A stretch of DNA of 64,000 bases from Octopus sinensis (Eukaryota), in assembly GCF_006345805.1 (NCBI RefSeq), contig NC_043011.1, positions 50,294,464 to 50,358,463 on the forward strand, read 5' to 3'. Shown here one piece after another: positions 12,833 to 25,195 of the stretch (position 1 is its first letter; every line of letters begins with the position of its first letter). Position numbers and translations under genes: made by a program. A model generated the notes under the pieces. That model worked only from the letters and a program-made list of their open reading frames with translations, made no database searches and was not told the DNA's origin.

Positions 12833-13684
12833 GCTTTGCCTTCCCGGTTGAGGGAAGGGGGCGGAGCAATTCTCACGATAGACTCGGCCGATAGGCGGAT
12901 TCGTCCCACACGTGACAGCAGCCGTTCGGCATAAGCCCACAGGTCGGAAATGGTTGGACATTGCACGAGTGCGTGCAGAACGGTTTCGTCGCTCTGACCG
13001 CATCTCGGGCAAGTCGGTCCAGTGTGTCTGGAACCGTGTCTGTAGAGCTTATCCCGAACAGGTAATGCTTCTCGATAGCACTGCCAGGCCAGGGATCTTT
13101 GGTGATTGTTCATAGGTCCCGACCCGAAAGTTGTCCTGAACAGGCGGGTCAGGTGTTCCTCCGAGTTCGTCGTCACACCTCCCCTCCACTAATCCTCTAT
13201 AGAATGCCTTTGTTGTGATGGAGTCGCACAAGTTCGATCCCGGACGGCAGAGTTGCTTGAGAGCAACGCGACACTCGCGGTGCCATTCGCCTAGCCTCGG
13301 TCTCTGCTTGATCCATGACTGTAGTTCGTCCAAGGAGACGAGCTGCGGGAAAGCGCGCTGCACAAAAGGCGACCACACCTGTTCACCGTTGTCTATGAAG
13401 CGCCGGAGATGTCGCAGTCTCAGCGCATGTCTGCGCATCAACCACGGCATGCCCAGCCCTCCATTTAGCGGGTGTTGGCAGCAAATGGATCGCCTAACCA
13501 TCGGAACGTTTCCCTTCCACAAGAAGCGGAAGAGTATGCGTTCCAGTTTGGTGATGGTAGGGTCGGGACAAGGCACGACGGTCAGACGATACTCGATGAC
13601 GGATGCGATGTACGCGTTCGCCACCTCCGCCCGACCTTTTAGGGATAGCTTTATCTCAGTCCATTTCTGGGTGAGAGTAGCCAC
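12830..13684 (-). pseudogene. Tx1 ORF2 C-terminal region (thumb, zf-RVT)
   Basis: ERILFRFLWKG...GGLGMPWL; QRSLAWQCYREALPVRDKL...CPRCGQSDETVLHALVQC; split over frames. Confidence 0.9.
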
Positions 13685-13692
13685 CCTAGTCG

Positions 13693-15030
13693 TTATCTCG
13701 CCCCAGTTCTTCTACATTTGGAGGTCCGGACCGAACCAGACCCCGAGCAATTTAACCGGTCCGTCCGTCCAGCGTCCCACGATGGAGACGCTGTTGGACG
13801 GCATGGGCTTGCTTCTCCAGATGCCGAGCCGCAAGCCCACTGTTTTTCCCGGTTAATTTTTGCTCCCGTTACCGCTTCGTATTCTTTCAGTGTCTCGCCG
13901 ACCAGCTCGATGTGCTCGTAGCTCGACACTATGACGGTGACGTCATCCGCGTATGCAGACACGCTCCTCCCGCATCCCAGCTCTCGTGGGATGCCCCTCA
14001 GCGTCGCCAGTTTCCGCAGTAGTGGCTCAAGAGTCAGTACATACAGCAGCGATGAGAGGGGGCTTCCCTGACGAACCGAACGTATGATGTTAAAAGGTCT
14101 GGATAGATGACCATTTACGCGAACTACTGAGCGGATGCCGCTGTATAAGGCAGCGATCCAACCGCGGAAAACTGGACCGAAACCAGCCGCTTTAAGGACA
14201 GCCTCCAAGTAGTGATGGTCTACCCTATCGAAGGCTTTTGATTGATCCAAATTGATCAGCGCCCCACCCATGCCAGGATTTTTAACTACCCTGTCTATGA
14301 TGTAGCGCATCAGATGGAGGTTGTCATGAATACTTCTACCCGGCACGGCGCATGTTTGCGCCTTGTCGATTAGTTTCTTGATGACAAGCGCCAACCTCTC
14401 GGCTAACACCTTGGCCAAAATTTTCAAATCTGCGTTGAGCAGAGTGATGGGCCTGAAATTATCTATGACGTCCCCCTTGTTTGGCTCTTTCTTAATCAGT
14501 GCCACTGCTCCTCGCTTTATAAAAGCAGGAATACTCCCGTTCTGCTGCCAGTTGCAGTAGACAGCTGCCAAGACGCCTCCAAACAAGTCTGGCATATGAA
14601 AATAAAATTCGTAGGGCAGACCATCCAAGCCTGGTGACTTGTCTCTCGCGCAGCCTACCATCGCATCCTGTACGTCCGCAGCTGTGATAGGCTTTTCACA
14701 AGACTCCACCTCCCTTGCTGAGAGTCGTGGCAAGGCATGCAGGTAGGCACTAAAGTCCACTCTGCTTTCTGACTCACCACTTGTCCCAAACAGTTGGGTG
14801 AAGTGTTGTTGAAAAACCCCACACATCCTTTTAGGCTCGAGCAATTCGCGCCCCTGTTCATCTATAAGAGACTTGATGGTGGCTTTGTTGCCTCGTTGCG
14901 TCTCCACCACTCGGGCCTCTTGGGCGGCTCCAACTCCTTCGTTCCTCAGAGCACGCATCCTAGCTCTGACAACGCATCCCTCGTGTTTGGCGTTGAGGTG
15001 TTGGTCGAGGGCCAATCTCGCCGCCAGCAC
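13693..15030 (-). pseudogene. Tx1 ORF2 reverse transcriptase domain
   Basis: KSPGLDGLPYEFY, NFRPITLLNADLKILAK, LDQSKAFDRV, SVRQGSPLS, SAYADD; frameshift near 13850. Confidence 0.95.
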
Positions 15031-15339
15031 GTTGGACGCGATGCCAGTTCTAAGTGCCTCTTCTAAAACCTTAACTAATCTCCCTCTATTCTATTTCGGT
15101 CTAATGCTAGGGCTCTACAGTATCTGACTGATTCTGCTTTAATCGCTTTTTTTAGGGCATACCACCATCTGTTGTTGATGATGGTACCCGTCAAAGCTCT
15201 CTTAACTAATGTGCTGATCCGGTCCCTGTAAACCTGTCGTGCTGTAAAAGACGCGTTCAGTTCCAGTAACCAGGACCCTGCCTATGTGTCTTATCTAAGT
15301 CAAGTGTACAAGTCACAAACTTGTGATCTGTGTAACTGA

Positions 15340-16002
15340 CTATATGAATTGTGGACAACCTACACTATTTTTATCTATTGTCCTACAGAATACTCTATCT
15401 AAGTATGATCTGGACGACCCGATGCGGTTACTCCATGTCCACATTGGCACATTCGGGTGGTCCAGTCGGTACCTGTCAGACAGTTGGAAACGTCTGAGCA
15501 GGTCTTTGAGGCATTTGCATCCCCTTCTATTGCTATCTCTGCCCACGTAGTCTAGATGCGTGTCCAGGGTGGCATTCCAATCCCCCACTAAAAGTAAAGG
15601 ACGAGACGTTCCCATGAAAGACTCTAGACGTCGAAAGAAATCTGGTCGGCCTGTTAAGGACGGAGCATAAACTGCTATCAGTCGAAAAGCACACTCATTG
15701 CTGCCATCGACATCCAAAACGACCAGCCTACCCTCCGGGTCTAGGAAATTTGCTCTTACTTTGAGATCCAGACTCTTCCGGATAAGCACCGCGGTGCCAC
15801 CTCCGCCCATTCTCGGTAGACACGGAGAAAAATAAATGTTGAAATGTGTACCGAAAATGTGCTGGAGTGCCCGCAAGCTGTGGAGTCTGGTCTCACTGAT
15901 GGCTATGATATTCAGATTTAGTGACTTGATGTCATTTAACAGGTAGCCTTGTTTCCAAGGCGACCCCAAGCCACGTACATTTATACTACCTATTCTGAGC
16001 AT
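15340..16002 (-). pseudogene. Tx1 ORF2 apurinic-like endonuclease
   Basis: ATG at 16002: MLRIGSINVRGL, AISETR, AVYAP, VGDWNA, SYLDRV; frame breaks at ~15345 just before TDHK. Confidence 0.92.
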
Positions 16003-16552
16003 GTTCCGATAAAAGTGCAAAAAAGGAAAAGGAGAGAGAAAAGGTTACTTGTTTTTCGAAAGTTCTTTGTCTTTCACCTCACGGTCTTCTTCTATGAGGC
16101 TTTTATACAGTTTTTTTTCGATGAGTACTTTTGAAATCTCCCTACTGCATCAGGGTAAAGAGATTTCAGGGTGCTGTATGTGTTCTGTGTCACGTGTATT
16201 ATTTTAATGTGTTGTGGTGGTGTTGTGTGTGGGTGGTTACTTGTTTTTATGTCGTTTTCAGTAATGTTAGTGTTTGACCTAATGTGTTCCATTAGGTCGT
16301 GGTTGTTTGTGTTTATGGCTGTCAACATTGTTGGGGGGTTTGATGATGGTGTGTTTGTGTTGATGTGTGTGTTTTCTGTGGATGTTTTTGTTTCGGGAGT
16401 GGTGTATCTTCCCGCTTTGTTTGTTATTTTTTATTTTCTTTTTTTTCCCCTTTTTCTTCTCCCCCCTGTGGCTATTTGCCAATCTTCCGTGTCTTCTTCG
16501 TCTAATGACAAATCAGACGAATCGGAGCCTGGAAGAGGGAAAATATTGGGGT

Positions 16553-17497
16553 CTATTGTCGACTGTGTTGATTTTGTTGTTGGTGTTGGTTGGTGAGCGT
16601 TTGGTTGTGGTGTATGCGGTTTTGGATGTGGGGTTTGGGTATTTTGTGTTTGAGTGATTGTAGGTATTGTTGTGTTGTTTGGGGTCTCAATTTTGTGGGG
16701 ATTTGGAGTTGTAATTGTTTCTTCATTTTTGCTGGGTGTCTTTTTGGCAGATGTCCTTGGTTTGGGAGTTGGTATATTCTTGGTTGTTGTTGTTGGTGAT
16801 GCTGCTTCTGTTCTTGGTGCTGCAGTTGGTGTGGTTGTTTGTTTGGTGAGGTTTGTTCCTGCAAAAAGTGGTGTGGGTAGTAAACCTTGTTTATTTGTTT
16901 TTGTTTCCGGCTGCTGCTTTGTTGTTGCTGTTGTTTTCTTGCGGCAGATTTGCAGTCTTTTTTTAGGTTTTGCTCACTGCCGCATATGTAGCAACGTGGT
17001 CTTCTGCCATCGACGACCACATATAACTTGTGGTCGTCTGATACACATATCTGGGTGGGTATTTTTTTTATATCTTCATGATGTATATGTAGAAGAATTC
17101 TACTTTTTTTCCCACCCAGTTTTATATGCTCTGTGACTGTGGTTTCCAAAATAGTAAAATTCGTCATTTTTACGCATAAGGCCTTTACAAGCCATAGATT
17201 ATTGGCTATTTTGGGGACATTGTTTAGAGTGATCTTAGTCACTTTCTGTCCCCGATAGCTTGGTGTAAGTTGGAGTTCATCTGAGTGAAGAGTTAGCGTT
17301 GAGAAACGTCTAGCTAACTCTTCGGTGTAGAAAACAACTTGTATGTGGGCAAATTTGTTCCACCAGGTCACATATTCTTTGTGATTCCAGATGGGTTTCA
17401 AGCACTTCTCTATTTTGCTTGTGTTAGCCTTCTCTGGGCTTTTTGTTTTTTTGTTAACTATTTTGTAAATGATTGTTCGTCTTTTTTCATCTTCCAA
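16553..17497 (-). CDS. Tx1 ORF1 core (gag-like: RRM-type region plus CCHC-like knuckle)
   Basis: 314-aa ORF directly upstream of ORF2 with YVVVDGRRPRCYICGSEQNLKKDC (CX2CX4NX4C); the frame probably continues to ~16040 through frameshifts. Confidence 0.75.
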   Translation of the reverse strand: MEDEKRRTIIYKIVNKKTKSPEKANTSKIEKCLKPIWNHKEYVTWWNKFAHIQVVFYTEELARRFSTLTLHSDELQLTPSYRGQKVTKITLNNVPKIANNLWLVKALCVKMTNFTILETTVTEHIKLGGKKSRILLHIHHEDIKKIPTQICVSDDHKLYVVVDGRRPRCYICGSEQNLKKDCKSAARKQQQQQSSSRKQKQINKVYYPHHFLQEQTSPNKQPHQLQHQEQKQHHQQQQPRIYQLPNQGHLPKRHPAKMKKQLQLQIPTKLRPQTTQQYLQSLKHKIPKPHIQNRIHHNQTLTNQHQQQNQHSRQ

Positions 17498-17546
17498 AAT
17501 GTCTTCTGGTATGTTTATCTTTACTATACCATCTGATTCTGTTATT

Positions 17547-18134
17547 TTAATGTTCGTGTCCTGTATTTGTTGAGCCGTAAAATATATTGTTGTTTTTTTT
17601 CTTTAATCGCCTCAGCGAAATTTGTTTTGTTGTGTTATTGTTGTTGCTTGTGGTGATGTTGTTGTTGGCTGCAGTTTGTAAAATTGGTGTGTTTGGTTCG
17701 ATTGTGCAAGTAGGAAGGGGTGGAAAATTATTTTCGTAATTTATCCCTGTAGTCGGGCATCTTTTGACAATTTGTTTGGTTTTTACAGTTTTTTGTTTAT
17801 TTACTTCAGTTTTTGTCGTTGAAGTAAAACAGGTCTGAACGGAGTTGTTGTTGTTGTTGTTTTTGTTGTTGGTGGTGTTGTCAGTGGCAGAAGAGACAGC
17901 CGAGGCAGCAGATATCGAAACGGTGTCGCAATTATTGTTATTCTTGTTGTCATTGTTGTTGTTGTTGGTAGTTGAGGTAGTGGATGACGTGGTGGTGGTG
18001 GTTTGAGTATTATCCATTTTACTGTTAGCGCGTTTGTCGATTGTATTTTGCAAACTGGGAAAGTTTTCTTCAGAAAACATAGCAGAATATTTTTCCACTA
18101 TAAGATTTCTTGACATTATTATTTTTTGTTTCAA
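17547..18134 (-). pseudogene. Probable low-complexity N-terminal extension of Tx1 ORF1
   Basis: 195-aa Thr/Asn-rich ORF abutting ORF1, with duplicated EENFPSL/ENNFPPL motifs. Confidence 0.5.
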
Positions 18135-18533
18135 GAGAAAAAAATAAAAATAGATTGAAAATGCCCTTATGGGCGATTTCTATATTTAACACAGGCTCAA
18201 ACGAAAGTTGAGCGTTTGGAAAGTCACAATACTACGACAATGTGGAACGTAAATAATGGATACAAACGAGAAGAAAGAGAACAGCGTTCGTAATTTACTA
18301 GAAACGCTTCGCCGACATTATGTCAAAAAACAAGTTACTGCAGCCAAAATTGTGAAATATATTTGAGGCTGAAAATGCCCCTAGGGGCATAATCCCCTCC
18401 CGAAAACACACCCAGACGACAGCTGGGTGTCTTACACACTCCGTGTGCAAAATTTACAACGAAACTTTTCGAGAAACACAATAAAATAAGTAGTTAACTT
18501 ACGAATCGATCTGTCAACGAATACTATCAAAAG

Positions 18534-18631
<98 letters not shown>

Positions 18632-19321
18632 AGATACATACATATATATAATTAGAAAATGGCGAAAACCACAGCCTATGGGTCGTTGTCATAAATGTTA
18701 TGTTATGTCATGTTTTATATTAAATAATAAGCTACAGATATGGTTCAATTGATTTGTTGATCTAAGGTTTTCTCCATTTTATAATTATTAAAATTTGATT
18801 CCTGATAAACTTTTGTTTATTCTATTGTGACCTGTACTCTACGAGGATAGTGTACCTGCATACCCATGCCCGCAGATAACACAGGTAACTGGTCCCGATA
18901 GTATATACGGATATTTTATCCCTTAGTCGGTTACTGTATCCGCTAACTCTGATTACCTATACACACATATATATATATATTAATATATATATATATATAT
19001 ACTCACACATAATAGACGTCTTCCAGTTTCCGTCTACCAAATCCACTCTCAGATATTTTTCTCAGGTATTTTCCCTTTCCCAAGATGTCGTGCACTGCGA
19101 CTCAACCCGGATTTGTATAGTTGGGAGGCGAACCTTCTAACACACAACTTCGCCTACACAGCCATACCAACGCATGTGTATACATACACATACATGTGTG
19201 TGTGTGTGTTCGCACGGTGGGGATTTACGTTCTTGAGCAAAACTCTTTATCTAACGTTGCTCCACGAACACTTCGACACTTCGATTGAGCAAATGAGAGC
19301 AAGCTAATGTACAGCACTTGA

Positions 19322-19635
19322 TCTTTTCTTTTCATTTTCGCCCTTCTCAAGCATAGCCAGGCTCATTGACCCGGTTTCCCGGTTTCTGTGGCATAAGTGT
19401 TCACCCAGATGGACCAGTCCATCGCAGCCTTACCCAAGAAACAGAAAGAAAGAGTGAGAGAAAGTTGAGGCGAAATAGTACAACATTTGTCACCGCCCGC
19501 CCGCCCTGCCGAAGCCTCGTGGAGCTTTAGGTGTTTTCGCTCAATAAACACACACAACGCCCGTTCCGGGAATCGAAACCGCGATCCTCCGACCGCGAGT
19601 CCGCTGCCCTAACCACTGGGCCATTGCGCCTCCAC
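19322..19635 (-). mobile_element. tRNA-derived SINE family C
   Basis: Minus strand GGAGGCGCAATGGCCCAGTGGTTAGGGCAGCGGACTCGCGGTCGGAGGATCGCGGTTTCGATTCCC: strong box A and box B, followed by a non-tRNA body. Confidence 0.75.
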
Positions 19636-20190
19636 ATACATTTGATCACTGTAAACAAATCATTTGTGCAGGTCGTTCGGCAAACAGCTTAACACTCACA
19701 CATCGGTTTTGACGGGAGAGTCCATGATGTGTATATAGATGCATATGCGTACATTTGTACATGTTTGTGTGTGTGTGTGTATGTATGTGTGAGTGTGTGT
19801 GTGTATGTGTGTCTTTGTGTGTATGAACGACACTCTTCTACAGAATTTTGCTCCAGTGAATTCCAGTTCACAACGAACAGACTAATTTGCCGAGGCTACA
19901 GTAGAATGCACTTCGCCCCAGAACTCATACAGAAGAATAGAAAAGGGAACAAGCACTTTCCTCAGCAAACTAGATAAACATGCGCAGTTGTGACTGTGTG
20001 GTAAAAAGTTTGCTTGCCAAACCACAAAGTTCCGTGTTCAGTGCCACTGAGTGGGACCTTCGGTAAGTTTTTCTGCTCTAGGCTCGGGCCGACCAAAGAC
20101 TTCTAAGTGAACTTAGTAGACGGAAACTTAAAGAAGCCTGTCGTATGTGTGTATATGTACCTCTTTGTGTCTGTGATTGACCCTTACGAC

Positions 20191-20416
20191 CCATTTCTTT
20201 ACTACCCACAAGGAGCTAAACACAGAGGGGGCAAACCAGGACAGACAAACGGATTAAGTCGATTACATCGACTCCAGTGCGTAACTGGTACTTATTTAAT
20301 CGACCCCGAAAGGATGAAAGGCAAAGTCGACCTCGGCAGAATTTGAACTCAGAACGTAACGGCAGACGAAATACCGCTAAGTAGTTCGCCCGGCGTGCTA
20401 ACCATTCTGCCAGCTC
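20191..20416 (-). mobile_element. tRNA-derived SINE family B
   Basis: Head GAGCTGGCAGAAT...GAGTTCAAATT plus conserved GTCGACTTTGCCTTTCATCCTTTCGGGGTCG block; related pieces at ~23880-24000, 34540-34630, 42465-42852, 46690-46830, 46900-47090, 51170-51300, 54905-55025. Confidence 0.8.
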
Positions 20417-21148
20417 TCTGCCTTATCGTCCGCTGTTGGTGTGGTGTGTTTGGGTCCCCGTAACCTAGCGGTTCGGCAATATAAGTCGATAGAATAAGTA
20501 CCAGGCTCAACATAAAATACTACACGGGTCGATTCAATCGACCAAAAATTCCTCCAGACGGTGCTCCAGCATGGCTACAGTCTAATGTCTGAAACAAGAT
20601 GCAATCAGATATAGAAATGTTATATATTTAACGGTTAGAATTCCACTGTAAACCAAGTAGATCGCAAGATTTACATTGTTTACAGTAAAACTTATGGTTT
20701 TTCGAACTTAAATTGATATTGTCTAACGTTAGTGCGAGAATTATCAATTTGAGGTCGAAAAACCAGCAGACGCCGGGTCATTTATTGGGAGAGCGAACAC
20801 TGCATTAATTGATTTGACGGGTGTCCTACATTTTAGTGGAACCATTCCTGCATATGGATGGTCATTAATAAAATATTTTGTTATTGGTAAGGCTCTTACA
20901 GTCTTGTTAGGTACCGATATTCTGTATATATATATAATATATATGTGTGTGTGTGTGTGTGCGCAGGTGTGTGTGTGTGCATGTGTAAATATGTATGAAT
21001 GTATTTTATGTACGCATGAGTGTACATATATTATGTATGTATATGCATATAGGTACGAGTGTGCTAATATATATATATATATATATATAGATATATATAT
21101 ATATATATTATATTATATATATATATATTATATATATATACATAATAT

Positions 21149-21189
<41 letters not shown>

Positions 21190-21211
21190 ATATATATATA
21201 CATATATATTT

Positions 21212-21249
<38 letters not shown>

Positions 21250-22108
21250 TATACATATATATATATATAATATATATATAATATTATATATATATATATA
21301 TGCGTACATATATGTATCTTTCTCTTTTGCCAGACAACTATATTCAGTAATTAGAGTGTGCCATGCTGGAGTTGGGCCTTCGAGGTTTTAACTGACAACA
21401 TTGACTAGAACTTAGGTTATCGACCTCTGGAAGATGAAAGGAAAAGTGGAGATTCGATGCATATGAACTCTGGACATAATATCGATGTAGCTCTAATACC
21501 ACAAGGTATTTTGTCTGACCATCCCACTTCTATTGATTCTGGTATACATCCAACCGATATATTGATGTGTTCTGACGAACACTCAGTCACTCCGTCACAC
21601 ACGCCCACATTCGTTTATACATGAGTGTGGTGGTGTGTCTGTGTGTGTGTGTAAATACACGCAGGCAGCTACCTATGTATGACAGCATGTATATTGTTGC
21701 ATATGTATGGGTCCGTGTGTGTATGTGTATGTGTTTGTGGGTGTCTCTGTTTGGGAATGTTTCTATGTGTGTGTGCGATTGATTCTGTGTGTTTGTGTCA
21801 GCATGTGTGTGTATGTGTTTGTGTCTGAGTGAGTGTGTATGTGAGTGTGTAGCTTGAGAAGAAATGCTCATAATGCCAAGAGATTGATATCATTAATCAA
21901 ATTGACTGATCTTTGTTTGAAATTAATTATTTGAATGGTTCAGTAAAGATTTTGGCTTCTATTTCCAGTATTATACATATCTGTATACGACGATATATAT
22001 ACAAAAATATATACACATATATATGATTACATATATGCATACATACACACACAAACATACACACATACACAAACAAACATATATATACATACATGTTTAT
22101 ATATACAG

Positions 22109-22141
<33 letters not shown>

Positions 22142-23067
22142 TGTATGTATATGCATTTATATATATATATATACATTTATATATACATATATACATATAT
22201 ATATCATATATTATATATATGTATATATTTATATTTACGTATTTTTTATGTATCTCTCTCTGTCTCTCTCTCTATAAATATATATAGAGAGAGAGAGAGA
22301 AGGAGAGTGAGAGTGAGAGAAAGACAAAAGAGTGAGTGAGAAAGAGACAAAAAGAAGAAAAGGTAGATCAATGAATGCATGGTTATCAATAATATTAAAA
22401 CGCCAACTTTTTGTCTTAGTACGTACCTGTTTTGTGCGTCAAATTTACTTTAAAGAAGTGGCAAAGCGAAAGAGAGGAGGAGAGAGGGAGAGTAAGAGAG
22501 AAAGAGAGTGAAAGAGACAGTGAGTGGTGACGGCAGTCGTTTTGGTTTTTGTTTTAAATGTTTCAGAGAGGAAGTAAGAGAGAAAGAGAAACAGAGAGAC
22601 AGAGACAGAGAGAGAGAAGAGAGAGAGTGAACGATGTAGTGAGTGCTGATGACGTTCGTTTTGTGTTTTTATGTTTATCATAGCAAGAGAAGTAGATACA
22701 TAGATATATATACACAGTTAAATAAAAAGCGGGAGAAAAAAGGGATACAAAGGAAGTGAAACAGAAAGAATGTGAGAGAGACAATAGGTACATAAATACA
22801 AAGAAAAGTTCTTACATAGATACATAGACGTAGCAAACATTGGTTGTCAATTTCATTTTTCATTACCACACGAGGATAAAATTAACTCACAAATGGCTGA
22901 GTACTCCACAGACATGCAAAATATTAACGTAGTTCCCATGGAGATTCAGCCACACACAGAATATGACAAGGCTGACCCCTTTGGATTACAGCTACAACTC
23001 GAGATATATATGTGTGTGTGTGCGTGAGAGAGAGTGAGTGTGTGTGTGTGTGTGTGCGTGAGAGAGA

Positions 23068-23113
<46 letters not shown>

Positions 23114-23444
23114 ATGAATGTATTTGCGTATGTGTATAGTATAGATTAGTTAAAACATGTTTGCAATAATAAATGTCGTGTGGTGGAAATAAGCGCAATT
23201 ACCAAACTGTCATTCATAAATCCATTTATTTCGTTCTTTTGCATTTCAATTTATACATTTGTACCCAGAAAATTTCAACAACTGCACGCCAGAAGAAATG
23301 GAAAAACGAGTAATTTTATCTTCTAAGAATTCTGTCTTGCAATAAATGAAAAAGTTCTTAATATTATACTTAAAACGTATGTATGTATTGTGTGTGTATG
23401 TATATATATATATATATGTGTGTGTGTGCGTGTGTGTGTGTGTG

Positions 23445-23481
<37 letters not shown>

Positions 23482-24163
23482 TGTCTGTGTTTGTCCCACC
23501 ACCACCATTGCATGACAACGATGTTGGTGCGTTTGCGTCCCTGCAATTTAGCTGTCCAGCAGAAGAGACTGATAGAATAAGCACCAGGCTTACAGGGAAT
23601 AAGTCCACAGGACAATTTCTTCGACTAAAGTGTGATGCTCCAGCATGGCTACATTCAAATGACTGTAACAAGTAAAAGAATACCAGAAAAACGTACCGTA
23701 CCAGTAAACCAAGATGGTTGTTTGAATATGTAAGATACATTTTAAGGTTAAATAGTAATTCTATTTACGTTTCTGTAACTGAGATATTTTGGGTAGATTA
23801 TATAATCATTGGTGTTACCTTAAAGTCTATATTCTGTGACTGTAACAATAAATTTTTCTAGGCCTGAAATTTTTTGGGGGAGGGGTCCAGTTGATTAGAT
23901 CAACCCCAATACACAATTGGTACTTAATTATGGACTCCGAAAAGACAAAAGTTAAAGTCGACCTCGGCAGAATTTGAGCTCAGAACATAAAGACAGACGG
24001 TCATAATATGCAAACATGTCTCATGGCACCAGTACACTGATTACATATGCTTACATTTTTTTATGCTTGCCGTGAATTTTTCACGGGTCCAGCTAGGCAT
24101 ATAATTATATTTCATGAGTGTGTGTATATATGTGTATGAATGTAGATACACACACACACACAA

Positions 24164-24216
<53 letters not shown>

Positions 24217-24321
24217 TATACGTACGTACGTACGTACATACATACATACATACATACATACATACATACATACATACATACATACATACATACATACATA
24301 CATACATACATACATACATAC

Positions 24322-24465
24322 GGCGCGGCTGTGTGGTAGGAAGATTGCTTTTCAACCATACGGTTCTGAGTTCAGTCCCACTGCATGTCACCTTTTACTA
24401 TAGCCTCGGGCCGACCAAAGCATTGTAAGTTGATTTGGTACACGGAAACTGAAAGAAGTCTATCA

Positions 24466-24503
<38 letters not shown>

Positions 24504-24705
24504 TGTGTGCCTGTGTTTGACACCCCATCATCGCTTGAAAACCGATGTCGGTGTGTTTACATCCCCGTAAATTAGCGCTTAAGCAAATGACACCGAGAGA
24601 ATAAGTATTTGTCTTACAAAGAATAAGTCCTGGGGTCGATTACTTCGACTAAAGGAGGTGCTCCAGCATGGCCGCAGTCAAACGACAGAAGCAAAGAAAA
24701 GAATA
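24322..24705 (+). mobile_element. SINE family A copy
   Basis: Colinear with 59911-60338. Confidence 0.8.
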
Positions 24706-25163
24706 AAATAATATGTGTACCCGCATACGTATATGCGTATGTGAGTATGAATGTGTGTGTGTATGTGTGTGTGTATGTGGGTGTGTATGCGTATTTTTTG
24801 TGTTGTTTTTTCTGGTATTATTTCTCAAATTTCAAAGAGGCAGTGTCTATTTCAGTATCAACATTTTATTTTATGACACTGATAAAATAAGTATTAGTCT
24901 TACAAAGAATAAGTCCTGGGGTAGATTACTTCGACTAAAGGCGGTGCTCCAGCATGGCCACATTCAAACGTTTTTACTGTTTCTTTCTCACTGTCTTGTT
25001 ATTGTTTCCACTTTCACCCTCCGCAAAAAATCCCAAATTTTATTTAATTTGCTTTGCGAGAAGGATTGTTTCAACGAAGTCGCGTATTGTCCTTGCCTTC
25101 GAACGCGAGTAGATGCAACAGGGACAACTTACGAAGGAGAATATTTTGCACATTTATGTGTGC

Positions 25164-25195
<32 letters not shown>

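Larger units (their letters stand above)
12830..18140 (-). mobile_element. Near full-length L1/Tx1-clade non-LTR retrotransposon, 3' end truncated
   Basis: ORF1 with zinc knuckle followed by ORF2 with APE endonuclease, RT (YADD) and zf-RVT, in canonical order; several frameshifts. Confidence 0.92.

Noticed and set aside
16171-17136. Hydrophobic Val/Leu-rich + strand ORFs
   Set aside because: Antisense shadows of the CAA-rich Tx1 ORF1.
21463-21625. 53-codon non-repetitive ORF (MNSGHNIDVAL...)
   Set aside because: Short, starts in a decayed SINE, runs into (GT)n and has no recognisable motif.
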